A stretch of DNA of 62,165 nucleotides, filler included, from Babesia bigemina (Eukaryota), in assembly GCF_000981445.1 (NCBI RefSeq). It is 5 parts of 5 records of this genome, joined end to end, with 100 filler letters (N's around TTAATTAATTAA, not from the genome) between each part and the next. Parts side by side here need not be neighbours in the genome. Positions count along the whole stretch, not along the records: positions 1 to 14,674 come from NW_012237241.1; positions 14,775 to 27,251 come from NW_012237242.1; 3 more parts are not named here. One strand, 5' to 3'. The translations under genes and the position numbers were made by a program. Positions 11,301 to 21,163 of the stretch are shown piece after piece; the stretch's first letter is position 1, and each line of letters begins with the position of its first letter. The notes under the pieces were generated by a model. The model ran no database searches, had not been told where the DNA came from, and saw nothing but the letters and a program-made list of their open reading frames with translations.

Positions 11301-13969
11301 TGGACTTTATGATGGAGAGTTTTTTTCATCTGAGATACACCGCCACGAGCATTTTCATGGACCTCATGTAACAATGTTTGAAAAGTTTCAATGGTTTTGT
11401 CTAACTCTAATGATGCGGTGGTCACGCTCGGCTCTACATACTTAGCCATTATGGTTCTTATGGCACTTACTTCATTGTTCAACGCATCGATGTTTTTCAT
11501 CGCGGCTTGCCTAGCAATGGCAACTTTTTGGGGGAGAGTTTCTAGATGCTCGACAGTATGTTCGAGAGCGCTAACACCTGAGGCATACTTTCTGTGTTCT
11601 TCGTCATAACTATTAAGTTGATGAGTATTAATTTCATCTTTGTCCTGTTGCATGGCGCGCTTAACAGTTGTTTCAATGGCTGTTATTGAAGTCTGAAGGT
11701 TACTCTTTTCCGTAGTGTTGGCATTGTAATTCGTCATGATATCATCGAACATGATCTTAGAATCCGGGCCAATCTTGCCATTCAGTATATTTTCAATGGT
11801 ACTTTTAACACCGTCACCAACATTAACCGTGTTTGATCCGGCGACGTAGGTGGAGGAGGTTGTGTCTTGACGGGATTTATGAAAATCATTCTGAAGCTGG
11901 TCAATACTTGTTTTTACCGTGTCCAAAGCCTTTTGCATCTGCTTGCCATGTTTTTGCTCTGATCCATCGAGGTCTAATTGTTCTTTTATTGAATTGATCT
12001 TTTTTATTGCCTCATCCACGCTTTCCTGTATATTAGAATCCTGTAAAACGGCCTTAATTTCCTCGCCGATTTGTTTGGCTATAAGAGACACCTGTAGCAA
12101 AGTGGTTCGTATTGCCCATGTGAGATAGCCTTTATACGTTTGGTAATCACTATTACTAGTGAACGAAGAAACACCCAGGTCCCCCTCAATCTTCGTAATT
12201 ATTAATTCGGCTTTATTAGACTCAGTAGTGTCAATTTGCTTAGCAACGTTCTGAAACATTTCACTAATTTCCTGTAAAATATCTTCCATTTTACTGCCAT
12301 CGCCTGATGGCCCAGCAACCGATATGTTTTTCAACTCGTACATAAGCTTAGTTCTGATGGCTTCTTTCACACTTTCTGCACCGCTCTGGCGGCCGTTATA
12401 CTGAGGATTGAAACTTCTACCATGAGTCGTTTCGTTAAACCGGAGATACGAACTGATATAATTATTCACGGCCGCATTATCTGTCAGAACCCTATTAAGC
12501 CACGTGTCGATTGTCCCTTTATCTTGCTTCAACTTTAATCCCAAGCCTTTAGCATACTCCCTGACTTTGTCGAGAAGTCCGCCAAGGTGGCCGCTGTTTT
12601 TGCCTGCTTTTTTTTCATACATTTCCGACAGGCGCCGATTCGTCTGAGCTCTGAGTATATTCCAATTAAAATCTATACTTTTCCTGGCTTCATCGTTGAA
12701 TGGCTTGCCAATATCCCCGACATGTCCCTTTATTTCCTTAACTTTTTCGCTTACCGCATTGATATATCCCTTCACATACTCCTTCATCGCACCATCGATT
12801 TTATTTTTCAACGATTTCAAATCGTCTTCTATGTTTTTCTTCAACCCAATCACTGCGCTCTTAATTCGTTGAATTAGTCCATCGCTTCCACTTCCATTCA
12901 CAGCGCCTGCCACTGTTTTTTTTACGTTTATCAACTCCATTTCCAATTCTTTCCTCATCCCCTGGGCAGCCTTTTTTATATCATCTATCTCCTTATGGAG
13001 CCGGGATCTTTCTGCTGCCGTTTGAATACCAGGCGCCGCTTTTATCTTTGCCATTTCGAGATCTAAAATCTCAAACTTGCGCTCAAGCTCAGCTTTATAA
13101 TGCTCATTGATGCGATTCTCGAGTGTCTGTATTTCCTGCTGGGCTCCTGAAATGAGATTTTGTATATGTTCGATGTGGCCGTCTTTGGTCTTCTTTAGAG
13201 CTGTAACACGTTGATCAATGTTGTAAAACTCCGAGTGTAGTCTATCTTTCACGCACTCACATTGTGTATCAATTTTCTTTACAATCTCTTTTTCCTCAGC
13301 CTCCAAACTCTCATCAACTCTACGAGCGTAATCCATTACATCGCCACTTTTTGCCGACTCCTTCAACATTTTTACAGACCTTTTAACGGTATCCACTTTA
13401 TGCATAACTTTTTCTTTTAACGCTTTATCAAGCTTACTTATTTTTTCTTCTTCAATTTTAGTGACGTCGAAGTCAATGTTACCGATTACCTCCGACCAAG
13501 CAGACAACTGATCAGTGAGGGAAGAGTTTTCGTTAATTTTATTTTTGTAATTACCGTTTAGATTGTTAATTAACCAGGTTAATTCATCTGTTACTTTTTT
13601 GGTTTTATCATTTATCTCCCTCTCATACCCCTCCAACCATTCCCTCACCGCGCCGACAGACACCGCAAGCCCAGTACGCCCGGAGCCAATTTTACTATCT
13701 ACAAGTTTTAGTACACTTTCAAGTCTATTATTGTTATCACTGATGTAACTATCATAAGTTGTCACTTCATTTTCGTTTTTCACCGCATCAAGAACACCAT
13801 ACAAGAACGCCATCACTGCATCACACAGCCTGTCAAGGTCGGAGTACACAATCCCCTGGCCAGTGTAGCCTTTGGAAGCAGAGTTGAAGCCGAGGAAAGT
13901 TTCGAGGCCGGTGCACAGGTTATTAAGGATGTTAGTAGGGTTGTTATTTAAGGTAATTTTAAGGTTCAA
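8387..13969 (-). CDS. ves1: VESA1-like protein (gene 2; GNGHAGG subtype); first in-frame ATG at 13813; in-frame TAA in leader at 13973-13975
   Basis: 1860-aa ORF with the same N-terminal motif, Cys-rich domain, TM and YLQP tail. Confidence 0.85.
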   Translation of the reverse strand: MNLKITLNNNPTNILNNLCTGLETFLGFNSASKGYTGQGIVYSDLDRLCDAVMAFLYGVLDAVKNENEVTTYDSYISDNNNRLESVLKLVDSKIGSGRTGLAVSVGAVREWLEGYEREINDKTKKVTDELTWLINNLNGNYKNKINENSSLTDQLSAWSEVIGNIDFDVTKIEEEKISKLDKALKEKVMHKVDTVKRSVKMLKESAKSGDVMDYARRVDESLEAEEKEIVKKIDTQCECVKDRLHSEFYNIDQRVTALKKTKDGHIEHIQNLISGAQQEIQTLENRINEHYKAELERKFEILDLEMAKIKAAPGIQTAAERSRLHKEIDDIKKAAQGMRKELEMELINVKKTVAGAVNGSGSDGLIQRIKSAVIGLKKNIEDDLKSLKNKIDGAMKEYVKGYINAVSEKVKEIKGHVGDIGKPFNDEARKSIDFNWNILRAQTNRRLSEMYEKKAGKNSGHLGGLLDKVREYAKGLGLKLKQDKGTIDTWLNRVLTDNAAVNNYISSYLRFNETTHGRSFNPQYNGRQSGAESVKEAIRTKLMYELKNISVAGPSGDGSKMEDILQEISEMFQNVAKQIDTTESNKAELIITKIEGDLGVSSFTSNSDYQTYKGYLTWAIRTTLLQVSLIAKQIGEEIKAVLQDSNIQESVDEAIKKINSIKEQLDLDGSEQKHGKQMQKALDTVKTSIDQLQNDFHKSRQDTTSSTYVAGSNTVNVGDGVKSTIENILNGKIGPDSKIMFDDIMTNYNANTTEKSNLQTSITAIETTVKRAMQQDKDEINTHQLNSYDEEHRKYASGVSALEHTVEHLETLPQKVAIARQAAMKNIDALNNEVSAIRTIMAKYVEPSVTTASLELDKTIETFQTLLHEVHENARGGVSQMKKTLHHKVQSTFTMITNQVRTLFSDAHKADLAALKTLVEGQKEEIEKIIRSAKITGVMGLIRKMHTNKSDFEQISEFVTPVKLKAVPTKEDFTGMSSHFRKIVDSVLEYTEYQVSTSSGDPHKRLPTDQSEKVRHLKDAFDALLHYLKQNGDSTRQYLFDHHFDDLLASLNSLVTSLSPTFTSPSPLLAPLKSGLSNFAQQLGLAYVSRYSGVKRSDDWVVPDDSKPKDAAEKPETPKTVLTPEGRNCAKVCLTIVEILNDGFGRLRKYCSTTGGYSKSNICLEMDHKNGQKTKNQLGSWLQSRGFSIPADKDTQNGELNRNVTGAKIIEYMTKKSTQPPNSKGIYDEADKPDGPLWQLVSHLGTYYKVCNYKHIEKPKAPLNVYQMLQWLAGLWYNPVLYPLFKCFKELFPKLKEDEGKDYSEIDRDRLKLEAYPSTVKYTDSASILYQVCFQAKNTLVAILGNGHAGGRYAVDFNTNEDNLDYGSSPNACFDMLADVSFRVYQQSHFLQKQCYNGTKSGGWEDCHYGRHVGGSSWICNEDQCANQNCDQTRKQIADQKTNQNANQTGSQKCNQHPVCGVKSPLQSYLEDGLQKFLPHHLTKVGCGVKCSVGNHFGKPCLTPMGFTDIGILASHTQTGAYIKRAFHDLCGDSDKPLSKLCSLLTCLLRRPPQTLGDMFAFYHQFLSNFDNKHKGVAFKVAVQKANFGIPTTELDVTSIQKSSNHENADVIASSRPVSTHLKGDLFALSSCNPKDAPCLPCGRYLQPLYLNMRNIFVDKHADTYLSWVVYITETFYDLLKKLYDECDARCGGEKPKCRISKCGDACGTKRNPGAHGVNHDSECKSIVKCPDTHPALYRYGFTFGSPNDLSGVSGVGKQRTCHDFCEALKTVVKEDNLLFKLVNKLIPEYIFAIRAPFIWLNVALWLLSFLYLLHIMVIRLDILHIKSHLHSPSSHRIAAQSLLAAGRVNKLNRVFYLQP

Positions 13970-14118
13970 AATTTAGTCAAATTTCTTGTGAAGCTCCCTA
14001 GGAGGCACATGGTCAGGGCAGTGGCAAGAGGTGGAAGAGGGGGAGTGAAGGGTGACAAGGCACAAGTTATTAGGATGGTTTATAGAGGTCATAGCGTTAA
14101 TATGGCGAAGTAATTCAA

Positions 14119-14674
14119 GGGATGTGGAGTGGATAAAGGGGCGATGTAGGGTGGATAAGGGGCGATGTAGAGTGGGTTAGGGAGCGATGTAGAGTGGATA
14201 AAGGGGCGATGTAGAGTGGGTTAAGGGGCGGTGTAGAGTGGGTTAAGGAGCGATGTAGAGTGGGTTAGGGAGCGATGTAGAGTGGGTTAGGGAGCGATGT
14301 AAGGCAGGTTAGGGAGCGATGTGGAGTGGGTTAAGGGGCGATGAAGAGTGGGTAAAGGGGCGATGTAGAGTGGGTAAAGGGGCGATGTGGAGTGGATAAA
14401 GCGGCGATGTAGAGTGGATAAAGGGGCGATGCAGAGTGGATAAAGCGGCGATGTAGAGTGGATAAAGGGGCGATGTAGAGTGGGTAAAGGGGCGATGTAG
14501 AGTGGGTTAGGGAGCGATGTAGAGTGGGTAAGGAGCGATGTAGAGTGGATAAAGGGGCGATGTAGAGTGGATAAAGGGGCGATGTAGAGTGGGTTAAGGG
14601 GCGATGCAGAGTGGATAAAGCGGCGATGTAGAGTGGATAAAGGGGCGATGTAGAGTGGATAAGGGGCGATGTAG
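14119..14674. repeat. Repeat A array upstream of gene 2, running into a gap
   Basis: Tandem units. Confidence 0.95.
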
Positions 14675-14774
14675 NNNNNNNNNNNNNNNNNNNNNNNNNN
14701 NNNNNNNNNNNNNNNNNNTTAATTAATTAANNNNNNNNNNNNNNNNNNNNNNNNNNNNNNNNNNNNNNNNNNNN
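14675..14774. other. Artificial assembly gap with six-frame-stop linker TTAATTAATTAA
   Basis: N44 + TTAATTAATTAA + N44. Confidence 0.98.
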
Positions 14775-17569
14775 GAGGTTAACAGGATCCTTGCCAAGCA
14801 TCTTCCCATATCGTCCAGGTAATTGGTAATACCGGTCTTCGAGTCACTTGATTTCGGCGTAGGTTTGTCACTGTCAACCAGCCCGGCGATTTCTTTGAGT
14901 TTGGTGGTGATTGATTCGAAGGGGGATTTGAAAGTTTCGTCGCTATCAATTTCTGTTCCGAGGGTCCCATTGTTAAGCTTGGTCGTCACATTTGTCTTAA
15001 TCTCACCGATCGCCGCGGGGAGGGAGCCTTCCTCGGTGGTGCCGGTTAGTTGTTCAGATTTCATCGGTTGAGAGACGTGACGTTTGTAACCTTCGAACTT
15101 TTTTGACTCCTCCGTGAGTGTGACAGTACTTTTACTTCTGTCACTACTCCCGATCTCCGTGTCGAGCGTCTCCGTAACCTTGTTGATCGCAGCGTCTACG
15201 GCGGCGGCGTAGTTGGTGCCGGCGGCATGGGTACCTAGTTTAAGCACTTTTTCGAGTTTTTCGTAAAAGTCATTGGCCGTATTCAATGACCCCTGCACCA
15301 TTGAGGCAATGTTAGGACTGGGATTGCTAAGCAGCAATGTTTTAAGTTCGTTCGCAACTTGCTTGGCCATGCCGACAAGCTGATGAAGGATGCCGTCAAC
15401 AGCATTGTAGAGGTCGGTTTTGTAATGATACGTTTGTTTGTCCTCATATACCAACTCCGTATCGTGTTCAATCTTCCGAATTATTTCATCTCCCTTGATA
15501 TCGCCGATTTTTATTTTGTTCTCAAGTTTCTTAGCCAACTCATCAAGACAAGAGGCCACATTTGTGAGATTTTCTTTTAAATCGGTAACATTTTTCTTCA
15601 CATGTGAGGCGCATTGCTTAATATCCTGCGTAAGCTTCGGCTTGATGTGATCGAAAATTATTTTCTTGACTTTATCCTGCGCCTCCTTTTGCTGTTTAAT
15701 TTTATAGTAACCGTACGTTTGGTTATATGTAACGTATTTTGTGAGAGACCCATCGACAGCTCCTAATACATTCAACACACTGCTCTCCATCCACCCATGT
15801 ACTGTATTTTCAATATTGGAATCGGTAAATTTATTAACATAGTCGCTTACTTTTTTTGTAACTCCTTGGAGTCCGGATAATCTTCCTGTTTCTCCAGTAT
15901 TTCCCCTGATGCTGCCAACTTGACCTTTTACATGCTTTAATACATTCTCGATGCCTTGATTATTTTTTCCTGCGCCTGTTCTCCCGAAGACAGTCTCGTA
16001 CAGCTCCCCTATCTTATTTTTAATCCCCGTCACCTGCCTACTAACAGCATCCTTCACCTTGTACAAATCCCCTTTAAGCGCAGCGTCCATAGATTTCACC
16101 TGCGCAAGCGCTCTTTGCACCCATGTACCTATCTGATTTTTAAGTTGTTTCGCCGCCTCACGAAGTTTATCAGCCTTATCTTTCATATCGCTTGCTAACC
16201 CATAAATTTTAGTTTTATCGACATTATTTGTAGTCTCAACCATCCCACCAATCTGCGTACACTTCTCCTTCGCCAGTTTCACAGCCTCCGTGCCCGCAGC
16301 ATTCCACTTAGTCAACTCTACAATTCTAGTATCAAGACCGTCGCTAATTGTTTGCACTTTTTCCTCAATTTTTTTCTTATCATTAGTCTCCCCCACTGCT
16401 GGTTCATTAACCTGTTTCAAAATTATGTCAACCTCTTTATCTGCCTCGTTAATTAACTTTCTAGCATCTTCGAGCCACGTATACAACTCTTTAACATAAC
16501 CCAGCAGTTTTTTCTCGATACCCTTTAACTTATCCAAAATCTTCTGCACCCTCTCACTCAACTTTTTAATCAACTCCTTCATTTGCGCATCAATTCTACA
16601 GTCCACGTTCACTTTCAAACTGCTCAACGTCTTCTTAATTTTATCTTCCGTTGCCTCTAAATCCTTACTCTCTTTACTAGACAACTCTTTAAGACGCTTA
16701 CTCTCATGCTGCATATTCTTACGCACGTTCTCAATTGTATCACGCAATTTGGGATTTAAGTCTTTTATTGCATTTTTTGTTGCATCTGTTTTTGTTTTAA
16801 TGTCAACAGCTCTAATAAATTCTTTTGCAAATTTTTGACACTGCTCCACCAAGGACATTGCCTTCTCGACACTCTCTTGGGTGGATGCCGTAGGCCTTTT
16901 TGGATCTATGTTATTTGGCAAGTTAGTTTGTAACTCTTCTTTTTTATAGTTTTTCATGTCCCTCTGAAGTTTTTTAATTGCCGTTTTAACAAGGTCATTG
17001 GATGTTTTTACATTACCATTATACCTCCCCACCCCTGCGACCACACTTCCAATCGCTTCATTAAAACCTTTTTTACCGGCGTGTTTATTTTTGTTAAGAG
17101 TGTCAATTGCAACATCTAAAGTATCTTTATGTTGCCCTAAATGGTCTTTGATGTTGCTGAGAACACCACTCAAAAATCCCATCACCGCATCACACAGCCT
17201 GTCAAGGTCAGAGTACACAATCCCCTGGCCATCGTAGCCTTTGGAAGTAGAGTTGAAGCCGAGGAAAGTTTCGAGGCCGTCACACAGATTATTAAGCAAT
17301 TCATTTGGATTATTTTTGTTGCTTTCACTTGCATTTTTAAGGCTCTCAAGTTTCTCTATCTGCTGAGTGATGTCATGACAATTCGAAGGATCTTGACAAT
17401 CAAGATTATGCGAAACATTTTTTGAGTTTTTACACTTATTTTGCCGTTCAGTAAGGATGTCTATAGCCTTCACAACGGCTTGCTTAACACTCTCACTTTG
17501 ACCAACAAATCCGCCAAGTTGACCAGCAAGGTGGCCAAGGCTAACAAGCTTGGACTCAATGTCCTGCAA
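14775..17569 (-). CDS. ves1: VESA1-like protein (gene 3), 3' part lost in the gap; first in-frame ATG at 17182
   Basis: LCDGLETFLGF...YSDLDRLCDAVMGFL motif; shares blocks with genes 6 and 7. Confidence 0.8.
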
Positions 17570-17805
17570 AGCTTTTTTAGTAGCATCGCCAGTAGGAGAA
17601 TGGTCGGCATCAGCAAATTCTTATAGTGGTTTACAGAGGTCATAGCGGTATTATGGCGAGGTAATTCGAGGGATTTGGAGTTTAGGTGAACATGATGGGA
17701 CATGGCAGTGGCAAGAGGTGGAAGAGGGGAAGTGAAGGGTGACAAGGCACAAGTTATTATTGTGGTTTAAAGAGGTCATAGCGGTATTATGGCGAGGTAA
17801 TTCAA
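17570..17805 (-). other. Duplicated ves leader (type II) with two copies of GAATTACCTCGCCATAATACCGCTATGACCTC
   Basis: Motif at about 17635-17668 and 17772-17803; same duplicated structure at 56058-56296. Confidence 0.75.
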
Positions 17806-17996
17806 AAGATGTGGAGTGGATAAAGGGACGATGTAGAGTGGGTAGAGGAGCGATGTAGAGTGGGTAAAGGGGCGATGTAGAGTGGGTAAAGGGGCGATGT
17901 AGAGTGGGTAAGGGGCGATGTAGAGTGGATAAAGGGGCGATGTAGAGTGGGATAGGGAGCGATGTAGAGTGGATAAAGGGGCGATGTAGAGTGGAT
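17806..17996. repeat. Repeat A array upstream of gene 3
   Basis: Tandem units. Confidence 0.95.
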
Positions 17997-18012
17997 TATA
18001 ATCACTACTCTG

Positions 18013-18120
18013 GTAACCATGTCATCGCTGCCGAGACCATGTCATCGCTGCCGTAACCATGTCATCGCTGCCGTGACCTTGTCATCGCTGCCGTGACCAT
18101 GTCATCGCTGCCGTGACCAT
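18013..18120. repeat. Repeat B array (about 5 copies)
   Basis: 20-bp units. Confidence 0.92.
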
Positions 18121-18712
18121 CAACTTGGTCAGGTGCTTGGTCATGGCATTGGTTAGCACTTTGGTCAGCACATTGGTCACCACATTGGTCAGCACATTGG
18201 TCAACACTTTGGTCAACACGTTGGTCAACACTTTGGGCAGCACTTTGGTCGACAATTTGGGCAGCACATTGGTCACCACGTTGGTCACCACGTTAGTCGT
18301 GGCATTGGTCAGGTGCTTGGTCACCACTCTGGTCATGGCATTGGTCAGCACATTGGTCACCACGTTGGTCACCACGTTAGTCGTGGCATTGGTCAGCAGC
18401 TTGGTCACCACTTTGGTCATGGCATTGGTCACCACCTTGGTCACCACGTTGGTCAGCACCTTGGTCACCACGTTGGTCGTGGCATTGGTCAGCACGTTGG
18501 TCAGCACGTTGGTCATGGCATTGGTTAGGTGCTAGGTCACCACTTTGGTCATGGCATTGGGCAGCATCTTGGTCATGGCCTTGGTCAGCACGTTGGTCGT
18601 GCCATTGGTCAACACTTTGGTCATGGCATTGGTCAGCACTTTGGTCAGCACATTGGTCAAAACGTTGGTCACCACGTTGGTTATGGCATTGGTCAGTTGC
18701 TAGGTCACCACT
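18121..18712. repeat. Repeat C array
   Basis: 12-bp units. Confidence 0.92.
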
Positions 18713-18875
18713 GTTATCGCTGCTGTGTCACTGTCATCTCTGCTGTAACCATTAACTTGGTCAGGTGCTTGGTCATCAACGCGGTCATTACGTTGTCTAG
18801 ACATTAGATGTCAGTTGGCAGTTAGGTGATCAGTGGGATTTGGATTACGATGTTTGCGCTTACAAATTGCTGAGA

Positions 18876-19076
18876 TCAGCTGTAGAACGCGATGCAGAGG
18901 GGTATCTTGCGTACGAGGAACTCGCGGATGTTGCGGCCTACCGGGAAGCGGAAGATGCACAGGTCGAGCAGGATGATGGCGACGATGATGGCAACGATGA
19001 CGGCGGCGATGGCTTGGGGGTCAGGGGGGGAAGTAGCCATCTCACTGCTCATGTCATTGATCATCAACGCAATCAT
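18876..19076 (-). CDS. 66-aa TM/tail micro-ORF (...AIAAVIVAIIVAIILLDLCIFRFPVGRNIREFLVRKIPLCIAFYS); may be a gene relic
   Basis: ATG-started ORF with a hydrophobic helix; nearly the same peptide is encoded at 19165-19320 and 50968-51111. Confidence 0.5.
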   Translation of the reverse strand: MIALMINDMSSEMATSPPDPQAIAAVIVAIIVAIILLDLCIFRFPVGRNIREFLVRKIPLCIAFYS

Positions 19077-19164
19077 TACTCTGTCTATAACATTAGATGT
19101 CAGTTGGCAGTCAGGTGATCAGTGGGATTTGGATTACGATGTTAGCGCCAACAAATTGCTGATC

Positions 19165-19320
19165 TCAGCTGTAAAACGCGATGCAGAAGGGTATCTTGCG
19201 GACGAGGAAATCGCGGATGTTGCGGCCCACCGGGAAGCGGAAGATGCACAGGTCGAGCAGGATGATGGCGACGATGATGGCAACGATGACGGCGGCGATG
19301 GCGGAGTAGGGAGAAAGTGG
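19165..19320 (-). pseudogene. Headless TM/tail cassette (PYSAIAAVIV...RNIRDFLVRKIPFCIAFYS*), no in-frame start
   Basis: Translated by hand; in-frame TGA immediately upstream; stop at 19165-19167. Confidence 0.65.
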
Positions 19321-19406
19321 TCACCTCACTGCTCATCTGATTTGTCATCAACGCAATCATTACTGTCTACAACATTAGATGTCAGTTGGCATTTAGGTTA
19401 TTGTGA

Positions 19407-19814
19407 TCAGCTGCGCAGCAGATACCGCATCCTGTGGAAGGGCCGGATGCGGAAGTATATCATGACGCTGATGACGACGATGATGAGGGCGACGGCGGCG
19501 ATGATGATGGGAAGGACGGGGGAGGAGGAAGTGGAGGAATCGGCAAGCTGTGCACTGTACTGCGTGGCGGCAGGGCGTGAACGTTTCCTGTCACAACATG
19601 TACATTGACATCTATCGGTGTTACACGTGGTATCTCGAGTGCCGCAGTCCGAAGGATGGCATTTCTTCTGCTGTCTGAGTTGCCTGTTAGACTGCATACA
19701 TGATATGCACTTTCTAGAACTACCACATCTTGTACAACACCATGGACAGCAATAACACACGTCGAACTGTTTACATCTCCTACCTGGACAATCACAGTCC
19801 CATTCTCCAGACAT
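19407..19814 (-). CDS. Small cysteine-rich single-pass membrane protein (135 aa, 18 Cys, CCPWCC motif, C-terminal TM plus YFRIRPFHRMRYLLRS), copy 1
   Basis: Paralog at 50455-50862 keeps length, all 18 Cys and the tail despite divergent DNA, which indicates coding constraint. Confidence 0.85.
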   Translation of the reverse strand: MSGEWDCDCPGRRCKQFDVCYCCPWCCTRCGSSRKCISCMQSNRQLRQQKKCHPSDCGTRDTTCNTDRCQCTCCDRKRSRPAATQYSAQLADSSTSSSPVLPIIIAAVALIIVVISVMIYFRIRPFHRMRYLLRS

Positions 19815-20290
19815 CTTCCCCTCCCGCTCCCAGTCCCCTCAACCTGCAGACATGTCAATCACCTGAGCAACGCACTCACCAACTGCAACACTACCACTGC
19901 CGCTCCCACTCCCCTCAACCTGCTGACATATCAATCACCCAGCAACGCACTCACCAACTGCAACACGTACCACTGCCGCTCCCAGTCCCCTCACCCTGCG
20001 AACATGTCAATCACCTAGCAACGCACTCACCAACTGCAACACGTGCCACTGCCGCTCCCAGTACCCTCAACCTGCGAACATATCAATCACCTATGCAAGC
20101 ACTCACCAACTGCAACACGTACCACTGCCGCTCCCAGTCCCCTCACCCTGCGAACATGTCAATCACCTAGCAACGCACTCACCAACTGCAACACGTGCCA
20201 CTGCCGCTCCCAGTACCCTCAACCTGCAAACTTATCAATCACTCGAGCAGCACTCACCAACTGCAACACGTACCACTGCCGCTCACCAAC
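19815..20290. repeat. Repeat E array (about 76-bp unit) directly upstream of the Cys-rich gene
   Basis: Reverse complement of the array at 49600-50454. Confidence 0.9.
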
Positions 20291-20299
20291 TACAACATG

Positions 20300-20810
20300 A
20301 CTTACTTAACCCTCACCCCTGTATCCCCCAGCCCGGGCCACCGACACCCACGCTGCCCGGGATACCACAGATGCCCTGACGCGACGCATGTGATCGGCAA
20401 CAACTGTCACTTCAAATTATTCACTATTCGCAACGCCATGAAAATTGCAGCGAACCCCGTGCGCTCAACTCCCACAGTGCAGCAGCACCGTGCTACGAGC
20501 CGCGGTATCGGCGCCATGCTGGCGGAGCGTGTCGGCTACGTGCCTAAATGTGATATTAACAATCGCTACATCGCCGCCAATATATGCTACCTAACCAGGC
20601 CAACGCCGATTACGCCACCCCGCCAGTGACTCGCAACACACGACTTAGTTCACCCGCCGCGGCCCTCACGGCCGCCTACGTTAGCGACCAATCACCCAGC
20701 CTCACGTGACACCGACTCAATAGGCAACGCGGACGCCTCTCACAGTCATCGCACAACTCAACGCAACAACACACCGACGTGCTACAACACCCACCAAATT
20801 ACGGTTCATC
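20300..20810. other. Conserved unique non-coding block (candidate promoter or ncRNA), copy 1
   Basis: Colinear with the reverse complement of 49100-49600; no conserved ORF seen. Confidence 0.6.
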
Positions 20811-20811
20811 C

Positions 20812-21022
20812 GCCAGCTTAGCACTTTGCCTGGTTGCTAGCTCAGCACTTTGCCTGTGTGTTTGCTGAGCACTTTGCCTAGTTGCTATCTTAGCACTTTG
20901 CCTGGGTGCTAGGTCAACACTTTGCATGGGTGCTTGCTTAGCACTTAGCCTGGGTGCTAGCTTACCACATTGCCTGGGTGTTTGCTGAGCACATTGCCTG
21001 GGTGCTAGGTCAACACGTTGCA
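20812..21022. repeat. Repeat D array (24-bp, AGGCAAAGTGCTAAGCTAGCA(A/C)CC on -)
   Basis: 24-nt periodicity (RQSAKLAP pseudo-peptide). Confidence 0.9.
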
Positions 21023-21163
21023 TTGTCGTTCACTCATCACATAATCTAAACGCTATCCAGTTCACAAGTTACCCCTTTAGTAATTCGAGACATTAGACTA
21101 CGTTTGTCGGTTAGGTGAGTAGGTGATGCTAGGTGAGTGTAGATAGTAAACACGTGAGTACGA

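Noticed and set aside
14719..14730. Palindromic TTAATTAATTAA occurring four times
   Set aside because: Centred in N runs; an artificial six-frame-stop contig linker
14775..14815. Frameshift at the end of gene 3 (MLGKDPVNL in a shifted frame)
   Set aside because: Within 40 nt of a contig end; likely a sequencing error
18892..19608. 238-aa + strand ORF and the MDYDVCA.../MDDDVCA... acidic ORFs
   Set aside because: Antisense shadows of the hydrophobic TM cassettes; likewise the many 60-170-aa ORFs inside ves genes
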